A DNA stretch of 64,000 bases from Ascidiella aspersa (Eukaryota), in contig OZ004608.1 of the NCBI GenBank assembly GCA_963924565.1, positions 26,226,001 to 26,290,000 of the forward strand, written 5' to 3'. The position numbers were made by a program, and so were the translations under genes. Shown here piece by piece: positions 34,705-47,094 of the stretch; within the stretch, counting starts at the first letter, position 1; every line of letters begins with the position of its first letter. The notes below the pieces were generated by a model, which worked only from the letters and a program-made list of their open reading frames with translations, searched no databases and was not told the DNA's origin.

Positions 34705-37700
34705 TTATAGCTCGTGGTCGGAACCCAGGCTCGCCTGGTTCTCTTCCAGCAGTTTCGTACGACTGAGCAGCTTCGAATCAGCGGCTTTTATTCTCCACAA
34801 CTGCGCGTATTTGGCCGTGTTGGCCTGCTTATTTTCAGTGGGGGTTTGCTGGATAGGAACATTTTCAGTGTGGCCACCCAGTTTGACATCCTGCAGGCTG
34901 CGCATTGAAACTCTCCTGCAAACATTGTTAGTGTTAATGTTTACCTTGTTTCTGTTGCTGCTTGAGGAGCCTTATATGCTACAGTGTTGTAAACAAGTCA
35001 TTGTGAAATGATTTAAGTCCCAGTCGAGTCATTTGTAAAATAACTAGTTTAAAGTCAAGAAATAACAAGTCCAAGTCAAATCATATAATCAGCGAAGGTC
35101 AATTCCAAGTCAGGTTCTTGTCATAAAAAATAAACGTTAAACTATTAAAATTGGTAAACTTCCGATTATAGCGATAAACACAACTAAAAGAATAGCAGAA
35201 ACACAACATATCGCAAGAAAATTGTTTTATGTGCAAGATTAAATAAGACATTTTATAAAAAAGTCCTAATGAAAACAGTTCATTTAACTTAAGTATATTT
35301 ATTGTCCAGACAAAGTCAAGTCGTTTGTCAAAAACACTTAAGTCTAGCCATTTAAAAAGGGTGACTTAAGTGCATTAAAGTCAAATCATTGACTACAGTC
35401 ATCACAACACTGATAGGTTACTGTCAAAACTGAGCAAGTCAGACTAATCTGGCTCGGTAGGGCAATCAAAGCTTGACAACAATTTTATGATCAGGATTCA
35501 TTGCAAATGTTCAATTTTAAAATGTAAATTTTAATGCAATTTCAGCATGGTGGCAGTTTAGGAGTGTAATTTAATTCTGACATTTCGGCATAAAGGTTAT
35601 CGCTGTATGTAATCATGTAAAATGTCAAAAGCGAAAACCAGCTTTAATAGGAAAAGCTGTTAGCTTATAAATTATTTATCGAAGTATGCACAATTCATTT
35701 AAATGATAAATTCTTCCGGTTCACAACGTTTAAGTAATGGGTCACACAAGTAAATTTTACCAGATTTTTAACCCAGCATTTTGTGGTAAACATCTGCCTC
35801 AGGTTACGAAGAAAAACCGGCGGATATACCAGTCCAGGTTTCAATATTCCCTGTGCACTGATGGACGTATCTTTATTTACTGAGATCGATACAAGAACAA
35901 AAATTCCTACCGCTTGTAATCGCGCCCGACGCTGAAAGTGTTGCGCAGCTCCTCCCAGCTACAGTTGCAAGTTATCAGCATCTTGAGAAGCTCGACAAAC
36001 TTGGACAAAGTCGAACGGCGACAGAGGATGTAAACCTAGTAAAGCGGTTTAGTTGACTATACGGCCGATACTAGGGAAGTCATATTGTACTCCGATTGTA
36101 TTCCTTTATGACCATATATTGAACACCTACAAATGTGATCCCCAAAATGGAAATAATAATCCACTTTAATTAGAATAGTAACCTTTGGTATACATAAAAT
36201 CGATAAATGTCATATCACGCAAAATCACTTTGTTAGATGGCTTATATTTGAAAGTCAACCTAATCTGTGGTTCTTAAACTAGAGGTACACGGACAGCGGT
36301 TGTGCCGTGAAGTAGTATCGAGGGGCTCGCAACATGTTAATAATTGGTTGACTTATAGTTATATTAACTAGACTCTAGTTACTAGAGCACGTCTCTTACC
36401 GAGTTTTTATTTTCATCTTGGATGAGAACTGATTTGTGTTGTTTAAATACTAAACGCTAGAGTAAATATAGGACTCGAGAGTTTTTTCTTGTTGCAACAA
36501 ATCACGGGATTATTTATTATTTAAAGAAAGGTAAATATATTCAAATAAATTGAACAACGATGCTCAATGTTTAATTGTATTTTTGTTGGAATTTGTAGGT
36601 GTGAAGGTTCTGCTTCGTCGCGGCAATTTTCCTAAATTCCTCTAAAAATAAACGTTTAAGTTTGTTAGACTTACCCAGGGATCTAGTACCGGGTTTATGG
36701 CGGCCATCCATACAGCCAGGACGTCCCATTTAGTGAGGGTAGACGCGGTGTAGGACGGCTCCATTGCGGTAAGTTGATTTATCACGACCCGTACCTGAAT
36801 TCAAGTGGAACTTTTTACGTTGTTATTATCACAACAACAGGGAAAGCAACAAAACAATATGTTGATATTCTCCCAACCCGGTGGCGTAGGCTAGTGTTGA
36901 CTTACACACGTTAACTTGATGAGCGATTGAGCGTATGCCCTGTCCGCTACATCAAGAACAAAGCAATCACTGGATCGATTGTATTGAATAACGGTGTATG
37001 TAACCAGATTGCACAAACTCCAGATTTCATTTTCTTTATTTCTATTTTACCACGCTTTTTCGCCATCGCTTGGGGAAATGTCATACGTTATGATTGGTAT
37101 GGCTTTGTAAAGTTATCTAATTTCATCGTTAGACCTTTTTATTTTGTATATTGACTAGCAACCATTCATTTACAGAGACCAAGGTCAGCTTCCTAACCTT
37201 TGTAGCATTACAACACGTATCACATATACCGCATGTCAAGAAAGGAAAACAATTTGTAAAATTCGCAAATACAGTATATAAGAAAAATTAAAAATCCGAA
37301 AAGATTTTCTGTGGTAAACTGCAATGACCGTTCCGATCTAAAACTACCACAAGTCGTTATTTTTCAATAAGAAATATAATAGTTTGCTGAAACTTAAGCT
37401 GTATTGTAGACGGGATTACCAGCAGTGGAAGGTAGCAAGCCACGAAAACACATGTCATCACTGCCAACAAGACGATCATCTGAATTTCATTGTAAGCAAT
37501 CTTTCGCAATTTTTGCTTGCTCAAAATCTGCAGCGTTGAGTTACGCGACCGCATTTTCCTGGCAATAAACAGGCGATTTAAATCCTGTTTAATAAACAGT
37601 TTGACCTTGATAATGATAATAAACAACGCTTTCAGTACAGTGATAAAACAAAATGATTTTCATTCAGTTAAACAGTCTTTTGGCTAAATACATAAAAAAA

Positions 37701-40249
37701 AAACTTAAGTCAATACAACAAATTACTTGAAGTGCGATTTTGAAATGTTTTACTGTCTAAATTTGTCTCTTATGCCAATCACTGAATTCATTGGCGTTAG
37801 CTGACTATAACAATAATGTTAACCGGATCTTCTTTAAAAAAAAATTAATTAGGATAATTTTAAAATAACTGAACACATTATAATTGTCCAACCTTTCTAG
37901 TTTCCCTACTAATACAAATGCTATCCTAAATCACTATTAACTTACTTTCGTTTCAAGACAACCGTGATAATAACAAACAAATTGCAGAAGATGGTCCCCA
38001 ACATCATGACTGCTCCCATTGCAACAAACATGAGGTTGTAGAACTAAAATACAAAAAATGCTTCAGGATGTTCGACAGTTTGCCAGGCTTGTCAACAGTG
38101 GAAGATGTATGTTTTGCAAATTGTTCGAAATATTTATATGTTTTAGAATAAGCGCACATTCAAGATGGATTAAAAAGTCTTGTTTCAAAGGTTACCTGAT
38201 GCAAAGTGTTGGTCGATTTCCAGTTGAGAAAACACCAGGTGCCCGGAAATTGTTGCTCGATTTCACCAAACCCCATAATCGGCATTGCGGAGACCAACAA
38301 AAAGAAGAATAGAAGCAAGACGACCGCAATCTTAGTGCGGGTGGGTGTAACTTTGGTCTAAAAGCATAGAAGCTGCCAAATTAACATAATTCACTGTACT
38401 TCGAAACTAAATGTGCTCTTAACGTGAATTTACGTCATAATAGCACAATCAAAGTAAAGTTCGGATATTGGGTTCTTTAGTCATCTTTTGACTGATTCCC
38501 AACTAGAATAAAATATTAGGTCTTGGGGAATGCGGTATAGATAGACGCTTTTAAAGACTTAGATTTAACGTTTGCGTCATACTACTGAGAATGTTCCATA
38601 GGAGGACGAATATGCAGCTGTCTTACTGTTTTTAAATAACTCGCCTAGTCAGCAAAGGTTTTTCTGTCATTGGCCTTCAGAGTTGTTATTTTTGCTTGAA
38701 CGATGTTTATACAAGCTGTCAGGAGACAAATTGTTACAAAATGCAGCTGGAAAAAAACATTTAAAAGGGTATAATCTCGACTTCATAAAGCAATGAAATG
38801 GCTTGAAATGTGCAATATAAACTTATAACATATCTTATTTCAACAACTTGCTGTAACAAGTGATTTCTTGCCAACCGTAGCGTTGTTATTATGATTAGGC
38901 TATGTAGTTCTAACTCATGATCCTTAACCTATGTAAAACCCAAATGTTACGCGAAGCTTTTCAGAAGGTACGCGCGCATCTTAAAAGATGCGACTTCTGG
39001 AAAGTATTCTTTCTTTGGCACATTAATAGGTTAAAAATCAGGTCGTACACAGCTAAAGGTAAACGCCACTGGTAGTATGCGACCATGCTCCAACCTATGG
39101 GTAATTATAAGCTGATTATTGAGATCTTAATATTAAAGTTGCTCACATTGTTCAGATACATAGCGTTTTAAATAAATATCAACTAGACCACCCTTACCTG
39201 GTAAAAAAATGCAAACCGCACCGCTATGAAGCGTTCAATGGACATAAAAAACACCAGAGCCATGGAGGTAATCCCAAAGAATATCATCGTAAAACCCGAG
39301 TAGTCGCAAAGGCCTTTCCCCCCGACATCTACGACCTAAAACAAAGTAAAATTTCGTAACGTTTAAAATATTTTTAACGTACACTAAACGCAGTGAAGGC
39401 AACATACGCAGTGTAGGTTATGGTAGGCGATAAATGTAATCGGAGACGTTGTCAACGTGCTGACGAGATCCAGTAGCGCCAAAGTCATAATTAAGGTGTA
39501 GAACACAGACTGTAAAATATAAAGTAAAGGTTAAAATACATTAATTTACTGATTTAACATCTAAAACAGAATGGTAACAATTCTATGCCTAACAGAAATC
39601 TAGATTATTTTAAGACAAAATGTTATATACCTTTCGAAGGGATTTTTATTGTTTACCCTACAGAAAATTTAAAACAAGCAAATTTTGCAAGGACGTTTTA
39701 TCTTTAATAATTTCTACTTATTATATTTTTTTACATAAAAATGTTTAACACCGTTAAGAATTCAAACAAGAGTTTACCACTGTTTAAAACCATCTGCGCA
39801 GAAAATATTGTTTTACTCATCCGCAATGTTAAGCAATGATTAATTTTAAATATTTGTTTCTGGTAATCAAAAATAAAGAACAAAACATGTTAAACGGCGT
39901 GAACTGAAAGTAAAATCTCAGTTTTACCATGTCATATTACCGGTTTTTCTGATCGCTTCTGGTTCCGCCATATGACGAAAATTGCAATGGTATTCCCAAT
40001 CGTGCTTGCCGTAAACGTGACCAGGGGAACCGTCATACGCGATTCGTTTTCTTTCAGCAGGTCAATCACACATCCTGGACTTGCTTCTTTCAAAATAGAA
40101 CGATTATGAACGCTTGCGTTTTCCGTCATTTGCAGAGTTTCGTTTAAACCCACAGAAGTGCTGTACGCGTTCTGGGCTTTCGAAAGAAGACCTTGTAGCA
40201 ATGTAGTCACCAAGAACACTAGACGATGCGAACGACTTTGGGAGAACAT
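34705..40249 (-). CDS. PTGER4: Prostanoid receptor-like class A GPCR (EP4-like); 9 coding exons, 467 aa
   Basis: Exons 40249-39941, 39509-39408, 39335-39198, 38357-38196, 38043-37946, 37558-37420, 36794-36675, 36035-35911, 34915-34705 (1404 nt, in phase). Motifs: GNTIAI (TM1), FYTL..LALLDL..SP (TM2), LCDY..MSIERF (TM3), prostanoid ECL2 signature QFPGTWCF, CN in TM5, EIQMIVLL (TM6), intron after CYLPLL, VRVVINQ, NPVLDPWVYIL. The EP4 subtype is a best resemblance; orthology was not tested. Confidence 0.88.
34982..35412. mobile_element. hAT-like MITE, family A copy 2
   Basis: TIRs CAGTGTTGT/ACAACACTG and degenerate TSD ATATGCTA/ATAGGTTA. Internal AAACTATTAAAA.TGGTAAACT and AAGTC motifs are shared with 24602-25014. 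Confidence 0.75.
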
Positions 40250-41459
40250 TTTGCAGCAGTAAACCTCGGCTCATGAAAACATAGGATTCGACCTACCGAT
40301 AACAGAGTTACAAAAATGCCGAGCATTGCCAAGGCACGGCATTATAAGTGCGAGGCTGCGTGGATTCTTGTCGATAATTGAATTACGATCTTTACAGAGA
40401 AGAAACGCACCATACCAGGTTACGGTTACGTCACAAACAGGACGCCCGGTGTCGGCGACTTGCTAACCTCGATATTGTTTTCTATGGCGTTCCCACGGTT
40501 GAAAACCTAGGACTCGGCTTTGGAAACGTCAGTTCTAAATCATAGAAAACCCAAACAAAGTCCCAAAGTTGCCACTAATGTAACCAGGACTGCTTTTTGT
40601 TGTTCTTTATTGACGCTGTCAAGCGAATATGCTGCTTTGTTGTTTTCAATCTATCTGTCGTTAAAATGACAAGTTTTAATGGAAAAACTATGTAGCAGGT
40701 CTATACGCAGGAATTTTCCGTGTGTTCACATGTGTTTTTTACTTAGTGTTACACCCAACTTGATTTTATACCGGCGTAAAACATGACTTCAAAGGTTTCC
40801 ATTAGTATAGCCTATTTTACGCATTTTAAAAGTCAGAGCTACCATTGCTCGAAGTAAAAGTGACATAAATTTAGTTGGCCTTTATGGAAGTGCCAGAAGC
40901 AAACTCGCATGGCAGCCCCCGACTCCTCCGTTCTACCTAAACTGTGCTGTCCGTTCCAAACCTTATAACAACTTTATTTTTTCGCAATACATTTTTTTTG
41001 TAACGCGACACATCTTTCAACAATCGTACAGCAAAAACTGGCAATTCATATTTTGAAGGCGAGTTTAACAAACATGAAAAGATTCGAAGTAATTGCTTTT
41101 GTCAGGCTTAATGACACGAACCATTCAAGTTTAATAACTTTTTTCGCAATGTATAAACTCTTGAGAAAACAAGATCGTCATCTTGTTTTCTCAAGAGTAA
41201 ACCCTGGCAATGTACATTGCTGTTTTAAACAAAGTGTGTAATCTCATATTAAGGGATATCAATAAATTATTAAATATTCGTTGCATGGACAGACTTTTGC
41301 GAGACAGTGATGCCCTACCGCAAATACTTGCCCTCATAAACATCAAATTTGCCTCTCCTATAAACAGCGACTCTAAACACTTGGACTGTACATCGCATTT
41401 ATTTATCTGCGTTACTGCCTTTATATGGACTACATGCAAAGGTTAATGTGACATATACC

Positions 41460-41600
41460 TTGCGAATAGTCCGTGCTCGTTTTTATTTAGTAGAAAACTT
41501 AATCCTACTTCTCTAAAAATTGCACATACAACTTGCTAATAGTCCGTGCTATTTCTTTATTTAGTAGAAAAAATATTCCTACTTCTCAAAAAATTGCACA
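41460..41600. repeat. Diverged tandem duplication, ~72-bp unit x2
   Basis: AATAGTCCGTGCT..TTTATTTAGTAGAAAA..TCCTACTTCTC.AAAAATTGCACA occurs twice in tandem. Confidence 0.8.
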
Positions 41601-42774
41601 AGAAAAACTATCATTTAGCACTTTAGCTTACAGTTAGTGAAAATGAATTATTAATGCCACTCTTAACAAAATACATTATTTGTTTGAGATGTTTTTATTG
41701 TCACCAGTTATTGGGTTTCGAATTGTTCTATATTTATATCAACTGCGATTGGTCGAAGTAAAATTAAGAGAAAACACTGTGTAACAGGTAGTTTATATTT
41801 TCTTTTCTGCAAAAATGCATTTTATTATAGCCTAATCCAGATGGTTGTCAAAACTGAGTTACAACAGTTATTTCAATAACAAAGTGGTAATGATTCAAGA
41901 CTTGAATTTTTACAAACTGGTAATGCTTTTGATTAAAATACAAGCGAATAGGTTACAGAAGTTTACGGAAGCTGGCTTTAATACCGTTAATAAAACTGCA
42001 ATGGCGCAGCGGTTTCGTATTTGTTGGCAAACTTTGTCAGTTAATTAATGTACTCGTATATCGTTCTGTTCCAAGAGCCTTATAAATTATAAATCCTGGT
42101 GTACAAAAATCGCGCAAAGAGAAATATATATTTCAAACAATTTATTTAAATCATGACGGTGATATTACTTTGCAACAACCATATTGGTGAAAAATGTTCA
42201 TCGTATCGTAGGAGTTACTATTAATTCTTGAGATAAATAACGTGCAAAACGCGTTTTAAACGTTAAGACAGGAAAAACTAAAAAATGACCATACAAAGGC
42301 GATGGTTAACAATTTACCACGTTGCGTAGGCTCATTGTTGGCATTAGGTTTGGTTAAACCCGAGTATATGACAAATCTGTGAAAGAAAATTGTTTGACTA
42401 AACTAAACGTTTTCAAATTCTCATTTCTGAATATCATAAAAGTCAACAATTCTGGAACTAAGGCAAACAAAATGTCGCAAATAAGATTAAAATACTCTGT
42501 TTATTACATCGAAAACGGAACTTAGTTACTTATTTTACCAGCAAGTGAATAATTGCACATTTTTATCGAACTTGTTTCAAATTAATTCAGGCCACGCAAC
42601 ATTCAAACTAACAAGTTATTAAAACGCCGTAAAGTAAGTGCATAAAAAGTGTCACAAAAACATCTAGGCAGCCAACCCAGAAACAAAACAAAAAAAACAT
42701 ATTGGTGCACGGGCCTATCGCTTTGGAGTCGCCAGAGGTCCCCACAAACTTTCTCCGACTTGAACGAGTTTCTG

Positions 42775-45700
42775 TTAAAACACAGGCGGTCGTTGCATGA
42801 ACAGGTCATCGTCTACCTGCTTCATCCACCGCAGCAAACGATCCACCGCTGATATTGCCTGCTTCTTCGTGACCAAAGGACCGAAGGCCGCGTACAGCTC
42901 GAACCCAGATGCGACCTGTTAAAAAAGAGCACGCTGAGCGTTACAGCGGTGTGGTTGGTTTTGTTGCACCTTGCTTCAGCGAGATGCCATGCGTGAACTA
43001 ATACGGTGTGATCACTTGAAATTCGCAAATTTATTTTGCATTGAGGGCACGTTTGTTTAATGACAAAAACGTCCGCAGGAGATCTAAAGTAGACTTTCGA
43101 TTAAATAATTAATTGCTGTCTTTTTTTTAACTTTCGAGAATGCGTCTAAATCCTATAACTGCACAACTTTTATACTTATGTTCTGTGTTTATATAGAATA
43201 GTAACTAAGTTGGGTAAAACCAAAAAAAAAAAAAACTTGGCGAAAAACTCACATTAAGCAACATACTATACATAAGACCACGCGCATTAAAAAGATCAGC
43301 ATAAGAGTATTCTAAATCAAAAACAATTTAAAAAAAATCGGCAATGGTGATACCCAGGCAAGCATGGTCTCGTGCTGCGATATTTCGTAGACAAGTTTGA
43401 CCGGTACAATAGGGTCGTGTATCTTGCCGTGCATGTGCTGGTAAAGGCCGAACAGGCGCAAACGATGCTCTTCTATGTTGTACGGTACCGGAAACTTGGG
43501 GTACGTAAACTGCGAAGAAAAATCGTAATGTTTATTCTCAAATGATTTCTGTATTCGTTTAATGCGTTATCGAACAGGCTTTATGGGCTTGATTAAATTA
43601 TACACAGTTGTTTTGCAGTGTTAGACATTCAAAATAGTACGAACTCATAACAAACATAGCAGACCTAAAAATGTACAAAATTGTTTTTTATACACTTACA
43701 ATTGTTAAATGTAAAAGCATACATACGTGAAGAAACGTCTGTTAATTATTGATTGCTTTACAGACCTGGGACAAGTTTGTGTCTTTGTAAATAAAATGCC
43801 GCAGTTCCGGTATACCTAATTTCCCAACGCTATATTTGTTTTTTTCCACACTCGCCTGAATGGCCTTAACACAATCGTGCCTGAAAGTATAAAAAAAGTA
43901 AAGTTTATAAAAAAGTAATGATACAATCAAATTAACAATGTTTACAAGCTACACAAAATTGTAGCAAATATACAAGCACAGACAAATATACTATATTTAT
44001 TTATGAAAGAACCGTTTGTTTTCTTAACCAACTCAGCCTATATCTGTTTGGGATTTGATATTCGTTCTATGTTTAATCAACTCACTTTTTTAGTTTATTG
44101 ACAACTTTAACTTTGGATTCGCTTAGCCTAAAAAAGGCCTCTGCAGTGCCATCAGCTGACAGCAGCATCAAGCATATTGTGTGCTGCTCGTCCAAAAAAG
44201 ATATATGTGCATGAAGAAAGCCTTGAGCATTAAAACTGAAAAAAGGGACAACTAAAATTAAACAGCCACAACAAGTGTAAATGATATAGATTAAAAATCT
44301 GAATTTATTGTGGTAGTTTAAAAAGGTAATTTATCTTGTTATAACGTTAAATAATTTATATACCCAGATTTTTAAAACTCAAACTATAAGTGAAAACGAC
44401 TTTTAAAATCATTTTAAACAGTTTACAAAATAAAAAGGAGGTAAAACCTTTCTGCTGTATTTTAACTTACTGTGGAAGACAGATAGGAAGCCAAGATTCG
44501 CCTTCGTTAAAAGCATTAGATGCGGTGATTAGGTTCAACAAAATTTGAATATCACAAGTGTGCAATTTGTGTTCCTTCATCCGACAAGCACTGACAACCT
44601 TTCTGCAATAAGGAGGATGAATGATTAACCATTGGTAGCGCTAAGTACAAAATTGTCCTAAATAGTCCTGTGGTGATATACGACAGTGCAAAAATACCTA
44701 ATTTAAAAATTATGTTTATTAATGTAAAATACCTCCAATAATTTAAGATTCGTGCATAAGTTTTGTTTCAGTTTAAAGAAACTATATACTTTTGTATGCA
44801 TTACCCTGAACACAGCAATAGGGCAAATGCAAGATCATCAGTTTTGGCCTGTTGGAGTGACTGGCTGACTAAATCTCGAATGTTTCCAGAAATAGGAAAG
44901 CAGTGAATGGCTCCTACTAAGTACTGGGGGTCAGCATCAAAAGATGAACACATATGATCAACAAACTTGTCTGTTCCTACAGATAAAATGCACAGTAAAT
45001 AAAAGCACAATTGTTGAGTAAATCAAGGCACAATTTGTTGATACATACAATAAAATTTTCTTATTACTTCATACCTGTGAGCTATTTACTTCATACCTGA
45101 GAGTAGTCGGCGAAGGTCAAAATTTTTCTGTGTTTTAAATATTCGTTCCAGTTTAGTCAGTGTGACGACACTAATCACAGTGTGATAGACATACTCAAGT
45201 TCCACCATGGTCTGCATAACGGTTAACAATATTAAATTCACAATTTAAAGAATGTCTACGGGTCACAATTATTGGCATATGCATATCCTACCTGGGATAC
45301 AGACAATGGCATTGAGCAGACAGACACAAGAATTAATGGCATTTTTAATAGAAAGACAATCTTGTGTTCACCAGTATGTATGCTTCTGTAAAGACGGCAC
45401 AAAATACATTGTTTTATATTAATTTTTCAGGTTTTTAACATAAGGCTTTAGTGAATAAACATTTTTCTATGTTTTGTCTTTAATTATGATTTATTATTAG
45501 GTCATATAGCATGCTTTATGATGTCAGAAGAGACACATCTATTATGCTGTACTACCTTCTATCAGCGAATCGTCCGCATTAGTTAGAAAGTTGCTACATT
45601 TTGTACTTTAAAAAACATGGGTTAACTAACCATTGAATTTTTATAGGGCCATGAAATATCATGCGATGGGTCCACCAGGCAATTTTTTAGAAATGTTTGG

Positions 45701-46406
45701 GAACCACTGTACTAGATGAATAAGTTAATTAACAACAAATGTATGTTATAAACAGGCAAACAAACAGTGGAGCAGGCATGATATTAGGAAGACATTACAA
45801 ATATAAAAAAACATGCCTTACCGCAATACGTCATTCCGATCATGGATGCACGAAACCAAAGCTAGCATGACACCCATTACAGCTGACAGCTTGTCTTCAC
45901 TTCCATGGCGCGAATACACTGGTTTCCCAGCCTCGGTCAAGATGAATATGTGTCGTTTCTGCTCGCGCCAAGTTGCAGAGTTGACATATTCGGATTCCTC
46001 TTCTTCTGCAATCAGCATACTCAGTTGTCGCTGTCGACTCATCATTTCTTCCTCACTCACTTGCCTCCCCAAGTCCTTAGAAATAATGAAATAGACAGTA
46101 GGTGAAATTGTCAATATTTACAGTACCAATAAATCGAGTGATTCATTAACATTATTGTGTAGTTATTAGAAAAGTATGTCATTGTCTTAAATATTAGGAA
46201 TAGATCTGTTTCTTTCATACTGGTGGAGCTGGAGCAGTTGGTGTGTGAAAATGATCATCAAGGACATCCAGTGTGTTAGTTGAAGAATTCGGTTTATCAT
46301 CGAGCACAATATTTCCAATGGGTAGATAATCGCTATTATTAATTTCGTCATTATTTTTCTGTTCCACTACTTCCTCGGGACTTATGATTTCAGCGCTATC
46401 CGCCAT
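42775..46406 (-). CDS. MON1: Vacuolar fusion protein MON1 homolog (subunit of the Mon1-Ccz1 Rab7 GEF); 10 exons, 504 aa
   Basis: Exons 46406-46221, 46075-45822, 45385-45292, 45211-45097, 44976-44805, 44602-44471, 44235-44086, 43880-43766, 43509-43354, 42915-42775 (1515 nt, in phase). Motifs KRHIFILTEAGKPVYSRHG, NFDLRRLL, ESWLPICLP.FN..GFLHA, LRHFIYK, FELYAAFGPL. Confidence 0.95.
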
Positions 46407-47094
46407 TTTTTAGGCAGGGTCGAATTGATCTCTAGCGCATTATTACAACAACCATTAGTTCTGCCTACAAAACACTTAAAAAACAGTTCTGAGTTTTTCA
46501 ATATGCACAATTGCACAAGCACAATAGTTTTAAATAATGAAGCGAAAACGTTGTAAATGCAGAATAAAATGTAAGTATTTTATGTTTGTAAATACTATAT
46601 TGGGTACTTCCCGAAAGTAGAACAATGATATTTGTGAATAAACAAAAATACGCTAGAGAAAATATAGATAAACAAGCTATATCCAATTTTTTGTATCATA
46701 TTTTTCCCCTGCATAAATCAATTTACACAACTACTTGTTAAATAGCAAAGTCACAAATATTATAGGCTGAATCCTCCATCATACAAGATCTTACAAATTT
46801 CATGCTTGGGTGCACATAAATCCGATTATTATGACTCAGCTTTCGCATTGTTTCCTTCCTAATGTCGATACGTTTCCTTCCTAATGTCGAACGTTTGTTT
46901 GTTGCACCAAACAGTTTTTGTTTTGTATTTTTAGAACGTGCTTTTAATGGTACCTAACTTTAAAATTTGTCTGTTTTTTAATAACACTAAAAAGTTGATT
47001 TAATTTACAGTATCCTTGTCCTAGTTGATTTCGCTATTGATACAAGTTGTTACAAACAATGTTTTTTTTAGCGGCCAGTATTGAAAGTGACAGG
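46407..47094. promoter_or_regulatory. Probable shared bidirectional promoter of MON1 and NAGLU
   Basis: The divergent ATGs are only 688 bp apart. The interval contains TGACTCAGC (~46832) and a tandem TTTCCTTCCTAATGTCGA x2 (46851-46890). Function is inferred from position only. Confidence 0.55.

Noticed and set aside
37559-37584. Acceptor at 37585 for receptor exon 6
   Set aside because: Wrong phase, giving an immediate stop; the acceptor at 37559 keeps the frame.
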